24,000 nt of DNA from Vicinamibacterales bacterium (GCA_046496425.1 JAWOGY010000234.1:1-24000); one strand, 5' to 3'; numbered from the stretch's first letter, positions 7,373 through 17,265 are shown. Made by a program: numbers and translations. The notes: generated by a model not told the origin, from the sequence alone.

Positions 7373-8179
7373 ATGTCCGTGATGAATCCCGACCAGCAGC
7401 CTCGTTCAGGGGGCATGGGCAGATTCCTGCTGATTGGCGCGGCGGCGCTCGCCGTGCTCGCCCTGGCCTACGCCGGCGTCACGATGCTGATGACGCCGGA
7501 GGCGAAGTCCGAGCCGGCACCGGCTGCCCGGGCCGAGCCTGAACCGGAGCCGCCGGCGGCGAAGCCGTCCGAGCCCGAGATGCCCGCCGACGCACCAGCG
7601 GCCCGAAGGCCCCGGCCGCGCAAGGAATCGCTCCCGGCCCCCGAGCCGGCCGCGCCGCCGCCCGCCGGCCCGACGCTCGTTGTCGAAAGCGACGTCCCCG
7701 GCGCCTCGGTGTTCGTCGACCGCAAGTTCGTGGGCACCACGCCGCTGCGCACGACGGACGTGCCAGGCGGGTCCCACCAGCTGAACGCGTCGGCGACGGG
7801 CGAGGACGGCCTGGCGCAGGCCATCGAGATCGCCGAGACAGGGGAGACGACAATCGCGTTGAGGTTCAGGGAGGTGCGGCTGAACGCCTCGGTGGCCGTC
7901 GTGCACAAGCACGGCATGGGCCGATCCTGCGAAGGCCGGCTCGTGGCCACGCCCGAGGGCATCCGCTACGACACCGCCAACAGGAGCGACGCGTTCGCGT
8001 TCCCGTTCAGCGCCCTCGAGGTGTTCGAGATCGACTACCTGAAGAAGGAACTCAAGGTGAAGCAGAAGGGAGGCAAGACCTGGAACTTCACCGACAAGTC
8101 CGACAACGCGGACAAGCTCTTCGTCTTTCACCGCGACGTGACGAAGGCGCGCGAGAAACTGGCCGCCTTGGGGCGGTAG
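7373..8179 (+). CDS. Membrane-anchored PEGA-domain protein with a Pro/Ala/Glu-rich linker
   Basis: ATG at 7373 with GGAGGA 8 nt upstream. TM helix FLLIGAAALAVLALAYAGVTMLM, a P/A/E-rich linker, then the PEGA-like motif PGASVFVDRKFVGTTPL. The C-terminal ~100 aa is an unassigned globular region. Confidence 0.7.
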   Translation: MSVMNPDQQPRSGGMGRFLLIGAAALAVLALAYAGVTMLMTPEAKSEPAPAARAEPEPEPPAAKPSEPEMPADAPAARRPRPRKESLPAPEPAAPPPAGPTLVVESDVPGASVFVDRKFVGTTPLRTTDVPGGSHQLNASATGEDGLAQAIEIAETGETTIALRFREVRLNASVAVVHKHGMGRSCEGRLVATPEGIRYDTANRSDAFAFPFSALEVFEIDYLKKELKVKQKGGKTWNFTDKSDNADKLFVFHRDVTKAREKLAALGR

Positions 8180-8186
8180 AGTGTTT

Positions 8187-8216
8187 GATGGAGCCCGGGG
8201 TCTTCAGACCCCGGGG
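8187..8216. repeat. Hairpin element copy A (GATGGAGCC + 9-bp stem, TTCA loop)
   Basis: CCCGGGGTC (8194-8202), TTCA (8203-8206), GACCCCGGG (8207-8215), preceded by GATGGAG. It is near-identical to 21796-21824. It lies between convergent genes, and the TCA of the loop is the TGA stop of the minus-strand FAD-subunit gene. Confidence 0.85.
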
Positions 8217-9040
8217 GGGCGGCCCGTGTCAGCCCAGAACTGCGCCAGCAGGCGGGCGGCGACCTCGCGCCGGTAGGCGGCGGTCGAGCGGAGGTCGTCG
8301 ATCGGGCTGATGTCCTGCTGCAGGACCTGCTGCGCCTCGGCGAGCGTTGCGCCCGAGGCGAGCGCATCCTCCGTGCGGCGCGCGCGCACGACGGTGGGCG
8401 CCACGCTGCCCAGGGCGATGCGCGGATGTGCGCCGCGGACGGCCGCCATCACGACCTTCGAGATCGACTGGGCCGCGCGCGTCCCCACCTTCCGGAACCA
8501 CTGCGCACCCTCCACGCGGGGCACTTCGATGGCCGTGATGAGTTCGTCCGCCCGCCGGACGCTCGCGCGGTAGCCGGTGTAGAAGTCCGCGAAGGGCACC
8601 TTGCGCGTCCAGTCGAGGCTGCGAAGCTCGACGAACGCCTCCGCGGCCGCAACGACGGGCAGCGTATCACCCGCCGGCGAGCCATTGGCGATGTTGCCGC
8701 CGAGGGTGCCGCGGTTCTGGATCTGCACCGCGCCGATCTCCCGCGCGGCCGCGGCGAGCATGGGCAGGCGACGGCGCACCTGCGCCGATCGGAGGATCTC
8801 GCTGTACGTGGCCAGGGCACCGATGCGGAGCACGTCGCCGCGCACCTCGATCCCGCGGAGCGCATCGAGGCCCCAGAGGTTCAGAAATCGCCGGTCGGCC
8901 AGCGCGCCGGCGTTGAGGCCGACATAGAGGTCCGTGCAGCCGGCCATCGGCGCGATCGGGCCCTCCTCGCGCAGCATCCGGAGCGCTTCGCGCACGGAAC
9001 GCGGCTGCAGCAGGACGAGCGGCGAGATCGCCGTCCTCAC
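8204..9040 (-). CDS. Xanthine dehydrogenase/aldehyde oxidase family FAD-binding (medium) subunit
   Basis: GTG at 9040 with GGAGG 5 nt upstream. Motifs: PMAGCTDLYV and TLGGNIANGSPAGD, typical of CoxM/XdhA FAD domains. GTGA overlap with the stop of the small-subunit gene. The longer 527-aa track ORF is this frame running open through the upstream gene. Confidence 0.85.
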   Translation of the reverse strand: MRTAISPLVLLQPRSVREALRMLREEGPIAPMAGCTDLYVGLNAGALADRRFLNLWGLDALRGIEVRGDVLRIGALATYSEILRSAQVRRRLPMLAAAAREIGAVQIQNRGTLGGNIANGSPAGDTLPVVAAAEAFVELRSLDWTRKVPFADFYTGYRASVRRADELITAIEVPRVEGAQWFRKVGTRAAQSISKVVMAAVRGAHPRIALGSVAPTVVRARRTEDALASGATLAEAQQVLQQDISPIDDLRSTAAYRREVAARLLAQFWADTGRPPGV

Positions 9041-9591
9041 GCTCGCCTCCCGCCTTCGCCGAACGGCCTGCCGGCCGGCTTCGGCGCGGCAAGCCCCCTC
9101 CTGTTTTCTGTCTTCTGTCCTCTGTCTCCTGTCTTCTTGCTTCTTGCTTCTTGCTTCTTGATGGCCCTGTAAATCCCCGCGTACCCCGTGCACCGGCAGA
9201 TGTTGCCGGCGAGCCCCGTGCGCACCTCGTCGAGCGTGGGGCGGGGCCCGAGCGCCGCGGCCGCCATGATCATCCCCGGCGTGCAGATGCCGCATTGCGC
9301 CCCGCCCGATTCGGCGAAGGCGCGCTGCAGCGGATGGCGGCCCTTCAGCCCTTCGATCGTCACCACCCGTGCGCCCGCCGCCTGGGCGACCGGCACGAGG
9401 CACGAGTTGACGGCCCGTCCGTCCAGAAGCACCGTGCACGCGCCGCATTCGCCTTCGCCGCAGCCCTCCTTTGTGCCCGTCAGGCCGCAGTCCTCGCGCA
9501 GGACGTCGAGCAGCCGCTTCAGCGGGTGCACCCGCAGCGACGTGCGTTTCCCGTTCAGCGTGAACACGATGGGCCGATGGGCGGCGGTCAT
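9037..9591 (-). CDS. Xanthine dehydrogenase family [2Fe-2S]-binding small subunit with a low-complexity C-terminal tail
   Basis: Both cluster motifs are present: CGEGECGACTV and CGICTPG...CRCTGY. After ...GYAGIYRAI there is a tail of about 39 aa, rich in K/Q/E/R/G, partly encoded by the heptanucleotide array. Confidence 0.9.
   Translation of the reverse strand: MTAAHRPIVFTLNGKRTSLRVHPLKRLLDVLREDCGLTGTKEGCGEGECGACTVLLDGRAVNSCLVPVAQAAGARVVTIEGLKGRHPLQRAFAESGGAQCGICTPGMIMAAAALGPRPTLDEVRTGLAGNICRCTGYAGIYRAIKKQEARSKKTGDRGQKTENRRGLAAPKPAGRPFGEGGRRA
9101..9163. repeat. Period-7 tandem repeat, about 9 units (CTGTYYY x5, CTTGCTT x3 perfect, CTTGATG)
   Basis: Read directly: ctgtttt ctgtctt ctgtcct ctgtctc ctgtctt cttgctt cttgctt cttgctt cttgatg. 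It lies in the 3' end of the small-subunit gene and is purine-rich on the coding strand. Confidence 0.9.
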
Positions 9592-11741
9592 CGGTGGGCG
9601 CCTTTCCCTCTCGCCTGTCGCCTCTCGCCTCTCGCCTCTGCCCTTCCGGCCGCCATGACCCGCTCCGGCGTGGCCGGCACCTCTCGCATGTCGATGCCCA
9701 GGCTCCGGATGGCATTGACAACCGCCGGCGCCACGCCGTCAAACGGCATTTCGCCCACGCCCTTGGCCCCGTACGGCCCGCGCGCATAGGGCTTCTCGAC
9801 CAGCACCACGTCGATCGGCGGCGTGTCGAGTGTCGTCGGCACGATGTAGTTGGTGAATTGCGCGTTGGCCATGGCGCCGCCGCGCATCACCACCTCCTCG
9901 GTGAGCGCATAGCCGAGCCCCTGCGCGGTGCCGCCCTCGATCTGGCCGCGCACGCCGAGCGGGAAGATGGCCCTGCCGACCTCGTGCGCCGTGGTCACTC
10001 TGACGGGCCGGATCTCCTCCGTCACGGGATCGCGTTCGACCTCCACGACGTCGCACGCCCACCCGTATGTGCCATAGGCGGACCCGCGGTACGTCTCGTC
10101 GTCCCACTCCAGACCCTGGGGAGATTCGTACTCCTTCGTCACGACCAGCGGGCCGTGCCTGCGCAGATACGCGGCGGGCGTCAACCTGCCCAGTGTCGCT
10201 CGCATGTCGGCCGCGCACCGCTTCAGCAGCCCGCCCACCACCATCGTCGTCCGGGACGCGACGGTGGGCCCGCTGTCGGGGACGTGCGAGGTGTCGGCGA
10301 CGGCCACCTCGACCGCGTCGTAGGGGAGGCCGAGGGCATCGGCGACGATCTGGGCGTGCACCGTGCGCTGGCCCTGGCCGATTTCGGTGCTGGCCGCGAG
10401 GATCCGCACGCCCGCCGGCGTCAGTTCCAGCGAGGCCTTCGATCGCAGCATCACTTCGCCGCTGCCGGTGAACCCGGCGCCGTGAAAGAACAAGGACAGG
10501 CCGATGCCGCGGTTCGTGCCGCGGTACTCGCGCCGCTTGCGCCGGTACCCGCTGCGCGCGACGGCGGCGCGCAGCACGTCGATCGCGGCCGCATCCGCGC
10601 CGAGCACCTGGCCCGTGGCGGTCGCATCGCCCGGCCGCAGGGCGTTCAGTTCGCGGAAACGCACGGGGTCGATGCCAATCGCCTCCGCGACGCGATCCAT
10701 CTGCACCTCGGCGGCAAACAGCGTCTGCGGCGCGCCGAACCCCCGGAAGGCCCCGTTCGGCGGCGTGTTCGTCATGACGACACGGCCGTTCACGCGCACG
10801 TGGCCGCAGCGGTAGGGCCCGGTGGCGTGCAGGCAGCCGCGCGAGAGGACGACCGGGCTGAGCGTGCTGTAGGCGCCACCGTCCATCAGTACGTCGATGT
10901 CCATCGCCGTCAGGCGGCCGTCGCGCGTCACGCCGGTGCGATGGCGGACAACGGACGGGTGGCGCTTGGTCGTGGCGAGCATGTCCTCGGCGCGGTCGTA
11001 GACCAGCTTCACCGGCCGGCCCGACTTCAGCGCCAGCAGGCACGCGTGACCGGCGATGATGGATGGGTATTCCTCCTTGCCGCCGAACCCGCCGCCGGTT
11101 TCCGCCTGGACGACGCGGACCCTGTCCTCCGGCATGCCCAGCAGGACCGCGAGCGCCCGATGCACGTAGTAGGGGCACTGCATGGAGCCCACCACGGTGA
11201 TGCCCCCGTCTCCGGGGATGGCCAGCATGCCGTTGGGCTCGATGTAGAGGTGCTCCTGGTGCCACGTCCGGTACTCGCCCTCGACCACGACCTCCGCGCG
11301 TCGGAAACCCTCGTCGAGATCGCCCGTGCCGAGGGCGATCCGCTTGAACACCAGCGGGGAGCGCGCCGGGTCGAGGACGGGTTCACGCGGGCGGTACTCG
11401 ATGTCGACGACGGCGGCGAGCAGCCGCTCCCTGTCCTCGTGGGCGAGGAGCAGGATCGGCTCCGCGACATGGCGGACCTCGCCCTCTGCCAGACACGGCT
11501 GGTCGTCGGTGATGAGCGACACGATGTTGCGGCCCGGGACGTCGCGGGCCTCGACGATGGTGAATCCGGAGGTGTCGAAGCCAAGGCGAAGGCGAATGAT
11601 GTCGCCGCAGGGGATAGCGGACCGGATCGTCCGCGCGTAGAGCAGTCCAGGCAGCGTCAGGTCGTCGACGTAACGCGCTGTACCTGAGGCCTTTGCCGCC
11701 CCGTCCTTGCGAACGACGTTGCGCCCGACGGCTCGGCTCAT
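9588..11741 (-). CDS. Xanthine dehydrogenase/aldehyde oxidase family molybdopterin-binding large subunit
   Basis: Start [14 protein letters not shown] (ATG at 11741). Motifs: GGGFGGKE and [10 protein letters not shown] (XDH/AOX type, not the CODH active-site loop), and [16 protein letters not shown] overlap with the small-subunit start. The substrate cannot be assigned. Confidence 0.9.
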   Translation of the reverse strand: MSRAVGRNVVRKDGAAKASGTARYVDDLTLPGLLYARTIRSAIPCGDIIRLRLGFDTSGFTIVEARDVPGRNIVSLITDDQPCLAEGEVRHVAEPILLLAHEDRERLLAAVVDIEYRPREPVLDPARSPLVFKRIALGTGDLDEGFRRAEVVVEGEYRTWHQEHLYIEPNGMLAIPGDGGITVVGSMQCPYYVHRALAVLLGMPEDRVRVVQAETGGGFGGKEEYPSIIAGHACLLALKSGRPVKLVYDRAEDMLATTKRHPSVVRHRTGVTRDGRLTAMDIDVLMDGGAYSTLSPVVLSRGCLHATGPYRCGHVRVNGRVVMTNTPPNGAFRGFGAPQTLFAAEVQMDRVAEAIGIDPVRFRELNALRPGDATATGQVLGADAAAIDVLRAAVARSGYRRKRREYRGTNRGIGLSLFFHGAGFTGSGEVMLRSKASLELTPAGVRILAASTEIGQGQRTVHAQIVADALGLPYDAVEVAVADTSHVPDSGPTVASRTTMVVGGLLKRCAADMRATLGRLTPAAYLRRHGPLVVTKEYESPQGLEWDDETYRGSAYGTYGWACDVVEVERDPVTEEIRPVRVTTAHEVGRAIFPLGVRGQIEGGTAQGLGYALTEEVVMRGGAMANAQFTNYIVPTTLDTPPIDVVLVEKPYARGPYGAKGVGEMPFDGVAPAVVNAIRSLGIDMREVPATPERVMAAGRAEARGERRQARGKGAHR
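9610..9644. repeat. Period-7 tandem repeat, 5 units (CTCGCCT-type)
   Basis: ctcgcct gtcgcct ctcgcct ctcgcct ctgccct. It encodes the large-subunit tail ...[14 protein letters not shown] and lies immediately upstream of the small-subunit ATG. On the coding strand it reads as repeated AGGCGAG (SD-like GAGG). Confidence 0.9.
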
Positions 11742-11790
11742 CCAGACCCCCGGAGCGGATTGGGCCCGGCCAGCGTGCCGGGGTGCGGCG

Positions 11791-11796
11791 ATTATA
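11791..11796 (-). promoter_or_regulatory. Consensus -10 TATAAT (minus strand) upstream of the XDH-family operon
   Basis: Plus-strand ATTATA at 11791-11796. A weak -35-like ATGAAA lies about 18 nt upstream on the minus strand. The ATG is at 11741. Confidence 0.35.
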
Positions 11797-11806
11797 GCGC
11801 CCCGCA

Positions 11807-11815
11807 TGGTAGAAT
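11807..11815 (+). promoter_or_regulatory. Extended -10-like element TGgTAGAAT upstream of uvrA
   Basis: TGGTAGAAT at 11807-11815. It lies back-to-back with the minus-strand TATAAT 11 nt away, in a divergent intergenic region of about 107 bp. Confidence 0.4.
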
Positions 11816-11848
11816 TTCATGTTTGGGCAAGGCCCGATTACCTCTGCA

Positions 11849-14671
<2,823 letters not shown>

Positions 14672-14699
14672 TGTCGGGCGCAGGGGGCAGGCATCAGAT

Positions 14700-14719
14700 A
14701 TGTGGCTGAATCGCCACAT
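14700..14719. promoter_or_regulatory. Perfect inverted repeat ATGTGGC-N6-GCCACAT (function unknown)
   Basis: atgtggc tgaatc gccacat, 29 nt after the uvrA stop. Confidence 0.7.
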
Positions 14720-14734
14720 TCTGTACCCGGGAGG

Positions 14735-14754
14735 CTGTGGCTTTTTGGCCACAG
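14735..14754. promoter_or_regulatory. Perfect inverted repeat CTGTGGC-N6-GCCACAG (function unknown)
   Basis: ctgtggc tttttg gccacag. It has the same TGTGGC/GCCACA core as the repeat at 14700-14719, with centres 35 bp apart. Confidence 0.7.
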
Positions 14755-14905
14755 AACGACCGTCAGGCCGTCTGTCGAGGATTGCTGTAATGTCTATAAG
14801 ATATTGTTCGATATATATTTAGAGTAGAGAAATTCCGGATGCCGCCACCGGTATGGGGATTGCTTCATTACCAGTGGCTCCATCTGCGGAGCTGGCGAGA
14901 GAGCG

Positions 14906-15805
14906 ATGACGTTTCAACGGACCCTTCGACGCCAGGTGGCATGTGCCGGTATCGGCCTCCACTCTGGCCACAAAGTGAACCTGACGCTCAAGCCCGCGGC
15001 GGCCGACACCGGGATCCGGTTCCGGCGCAGCGACCTCGGCATCGACATCCCGGCGTCGGTGGCGCATGTCGGCGGCACCAACCATGCCACGTGCCTGTCG
15101 CACAACGGCGCGGTGGTGGAGACGGTCGAGCACCTGCTGGCGGCGATGACGTGCATGGGTCTCGACAACGCCGTTGTCGAGCTCGACCACCGGGAAGTGC
15201 CGGTGATGGACGGCAGCTCGGCGCCGTTTGTCTACCTGATCCAGGAAGCGGGCCTCCGGACGCTCGGGACGCCGCGGCGGTACCTGAAGGTGCTGCGTCC
15301 GATCACGCTGTCGCGCGGCGACAGGTTGATCTCGCTGTACCCGTCGGACTACTTCAAGGTCACCTACAGCATCAGCTTCGACCACCCGCTGCTGCGGCAC
15401 CAGTCGCACACGCTGCGGGTCGACGAGAACGCGTTTATCGACGACATCGCGCCGGCGCGGACCTTCGGGTTCCTGCACGAGGTGGAACTGCTGCGCCAGC
15501 AGGGCCTCGCGCTGGGCGGGTCGCTCGAGAACGCCATCGTATTGAGCGAGACCGGGGTGCTGAACAACCAACTCCGGTACGACGACGAGTTCGTGCGCCA
15601 CAAGATCCTGGATGCCATCGGGGACCTGTCCCTGGTGGGCTATCCGATCATCGGGCACCTGGTGGCCCACCGGGCCGGCCACGCGCTGCACACGGCCTTC
15701 GCGAAGCGCGTTCTCGACGAGCGCGACGCGTGGAAGGTGGTGGAACTGGTGCCTGAGCAGGCTGCCGCGTTCATGCCGGCGGCCGTCCCGGCGAAAGCCG
15801 GGTAG
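14906..15805 (+). CDS. lpxC: UDP-3-O-acyl-N-acetylglucosamine deacetylase
   Basis: MTFQRTLRRQVACAGIGLHSGHKVNLTLKPA..GIRFRR, TVEHLLAAM, FVRHKILDAIGDLSL.G, HRAGHALH. Colinear with LpxC throughout. Confidence 0.95.
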   Translation: MTFQRTLRRQVACAGIGLHSGHKVNLTLKPAAADTGIRFRRSDLGIDIPASVAHVGGTNHATCLSHNGAVVETVEHLLAAMTCMGLDNAVVELDHREVPVMDGSSAPFVYLIQEAGLRTLGTPRRYLKVLRPITLSRGDRLISLYPSDYFKVTYSISFDHPLLRHQSHTLRVDENAFIDDIAPARTFGFLHEVELLRQQGLALGGSLENAIVLSETGVLNNQLRYDDEFVRHKILDAIGDLSLVGYPIIGHLVAHRAGHALHTAFAKRVLDERDAWKVVELVPEQAAAFMPAAVPAKAG

Positions 15806-15834
15806 TCGACTCCTCCCTCCTCCTCCTGCAGAGA

Positions 15835-15867
15835 CCGGGGCCGCGGCCTGAGCAACCGCGGCCCCGG
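15835..15867. terminator. 12-bp perfect GC-rich stem-loop between convergent lpxC and the radical SAM gene (candidate bidirectional terminator)
   Basis: CCGGGGCCGCGG (15835-15846), a 9-nt loop, then CCGCGGCCCCGG (15856-15867). No U-tract. Confidence 0.55.
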
Positions 15868-15903
15868 GCTTGTACAGGCCGCGTGAAGGCCTTCGTGCGC
15901 GGC

Positions 15904-17265
15904 CTACACGACCCGGAGCGGCTTCAGCGTCGTCTGCGATCCGCAGGCCTCGAACCAGTCGATGCCCTCGCTGACGAGGTCGAACTTGAGCTGGTAGCGG
16001 CCGGGGTGGGCCGGCATGGGAATCTCGATCTCGACAGCGGCCTGCTCGCCGCCTCCGATCGTCTGCGGCAGCCATGCGCGGGCGTGGTCGCGGTTGAGGA
16101 CCGCGCCGCTCACATCGCACAACTGGGCGCCGAGGCGCACGAGGCGCCGGCCGTAGCTGGCCTCGCGCGGGAACGGGCGCATGGAGAGATTCCGCACGCG
16201 CGCCCGGACGGAGAGCGTCTTCCCGCGGCGCGCCACGAGCGGCAGCCCCGGCAGAAGCCCGGGCACCTCGATGCGCGCCCGCGGCATCGCGCCCGAAATG
16301 GCGTTGCCGAGGTTGTTCGTGTCCCAGATCTCGTACCTGACCCGTTCGTAATCGGGCGATCCGGGCACGAAGCGCCGCGAGAACGCGTCTTCGGGATGGT
16401 CCGTAATCTCCCAGGTCAGCCGGTCGGCGCCGAGTTCGGCGGCCATTTCCCGGGCGCGCCGCATCTCGTCGTCGCTGTCGTTCCAGGCGAAGAGGATATA
16501 GCGCCAGTTGATGACGGGGACGTCGCGGCCGGCCTTCCGCTTCTCGTCCGCCATCGCGCGCAAGTTGGCGATGGCCAGGTCGAAGCGGCCGCGCTGCCGG
16601 TAGCGCGCGTACGTCTCCGGCGATGCGCCGTCGATGGAGAAGGTCACCTCGTCGATGCCCGAGCGCGCGAGGCGCCGCGCCGACTCCTCCGTGAACGCCA
16701 AGCCGTTGGTGCTCGTGTAGAGGTAAATGTGCGGAAACGTCGCCTTCACGTACTCGCACATCTCGACGGCCCGCTTGTGCAGGAACGCCTCGCCGTAGTT
16801 GAAGAAATCGACGCGCCCGAGCGTGGGCCCCGCTTCGTCGATCACCCGCGTGAAGAGATCGACGTCGAGCATCCCGGCCTGGCGCGTGCGCGTGATGCCG
16901 GTTTCCGGGGCGCAGCAGGCCTCGAGGCACGAGATGTTGCACGCGGCGGTGCACTCGACGTAGAGGCGCGAGGGCTGCGGCGGCACCTCGAGACCGCGCT
17001 GCAAAGGCGCCTCGCCTTTCGCCAGCGGCAGTTTCAGCGGGCAATCGCCGCAGAACGCCGATCCGCCGCGGTTCAGGTCCTCGCGCAAGGCGGCTATCGC
17101 GGGGCCGGTCCAGATGTCGCGGAGGGACGCCGTGCGGGTGTCGCCCAGCACGCGATTCCCGTACGGATCGGCGCAACCGCAGACGATGCGGCCGTCGCAG
17201 AGCATGACGAGGGTGCTCCAGGGCCAGGAGCAGGTGAAGCGCGTCGCCAGGTGATGGAGGGCCAC
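15904..17265 (-). CDS. Atypical radical SAM protein: N-terminal SPASM/twitch-like Cys-rich region, core domain and C-terminal beta-rich domain
   Basis: 453 aa with a GTG start 5 nt after the upstream stop. Six Cys in the first 76 aa (C..PW....CDGRIVCGC...LRDIW...LR....CGDC). Cluster-site region YVECTAACNISCLEACC. FFNYGEAFLH (GEPLL-like), TFSIDG, and the YILFAWNDSDDEM motif. The C-terminal ~130 aa looks like an Ig-like beta domain (YQLKFDLVSEGIDWF). Confidence 0.75.
   Translation of the reverse strand: MALHHLATRFTCSWPWSTLVMLCDGRIVCGCADPYGNRVLGDTRTASLRDIWTGPAIAALREDLNRGGSAFCGDCPLKLPLAKGEAPLQRGLEVPPQPSRLYVECTAACNISCLEACCAPETGITRTRQAGMLDVDLFTRVIDEAGPTLGRVDFFNYGEAFLHKRAVEMCEYVKATFPHIYLYTSTNGLAFTEESARRLARSGIDEVTFSIDGASPETYARYRQRGRFDLAIANLRAMADEKRKAGRDVPVINWRYILFAWNDSDDEMRRAREMAAELGADRLTWEITDHPEDAFSRRFVPGSPDYERVRYEIWDTNNLGNAISGAMPRARIEVPGLLPGLPLVARRGKTLSVRARVRNLSMRPFPREASYGRRLVRLGAQLCDVSGAVLNRDHARAWLPQTIGGGEQAAVEIEIPMPAHPGRYQLKFDLVSEGIDWFEACGSQTTLKPLRVV

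Noticed and set aside
9101-9163. Repeat arrays at 9101-9163 and 9610-9644 as a CRISPR or other spacer-containing array
   Set aside because: The period is only 7 nt with no unique spacers, and the arrays lie inside coding sequence. They are microsatellite-type tandem repeats.
8204-9787. 527-aa track ORF taken as a single gene
   Set aside because: Only the last 278 codons (from GTG 9040, preceded by GGAGG) match the FAD-binding subunit. The upstream 249 codons are an alternative frame of the [2Fe-2S] subunit gene and are Arg-rich. The openness of this frame is nevertheless used in the heptamer-repeat finding.
14700-14754. Twin palindromes as CRP/FNR-type (TGTGA-N6-TCACA) or E. coli-type LexA (CTGT-N8-ACAG) boxes
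   Set aside because: The half-site and spacing do not fit. TGTGG-N8-CCACA gives an 18-bp site rather than 16 bp, and the second repeat is CTGT-N12-ACAG. The resemblance is superficial, so no named regulator is assigned.
14819-17176. 785-aa minus-strand ORF spanning lpxC and part of the radical SAM gene
   Set aside because: It crosses a convergent gene pair and the hairpin at 15835-15867, is Arg/Pro/Gly-rich, and has no motifs. The real genes occupy other frames.
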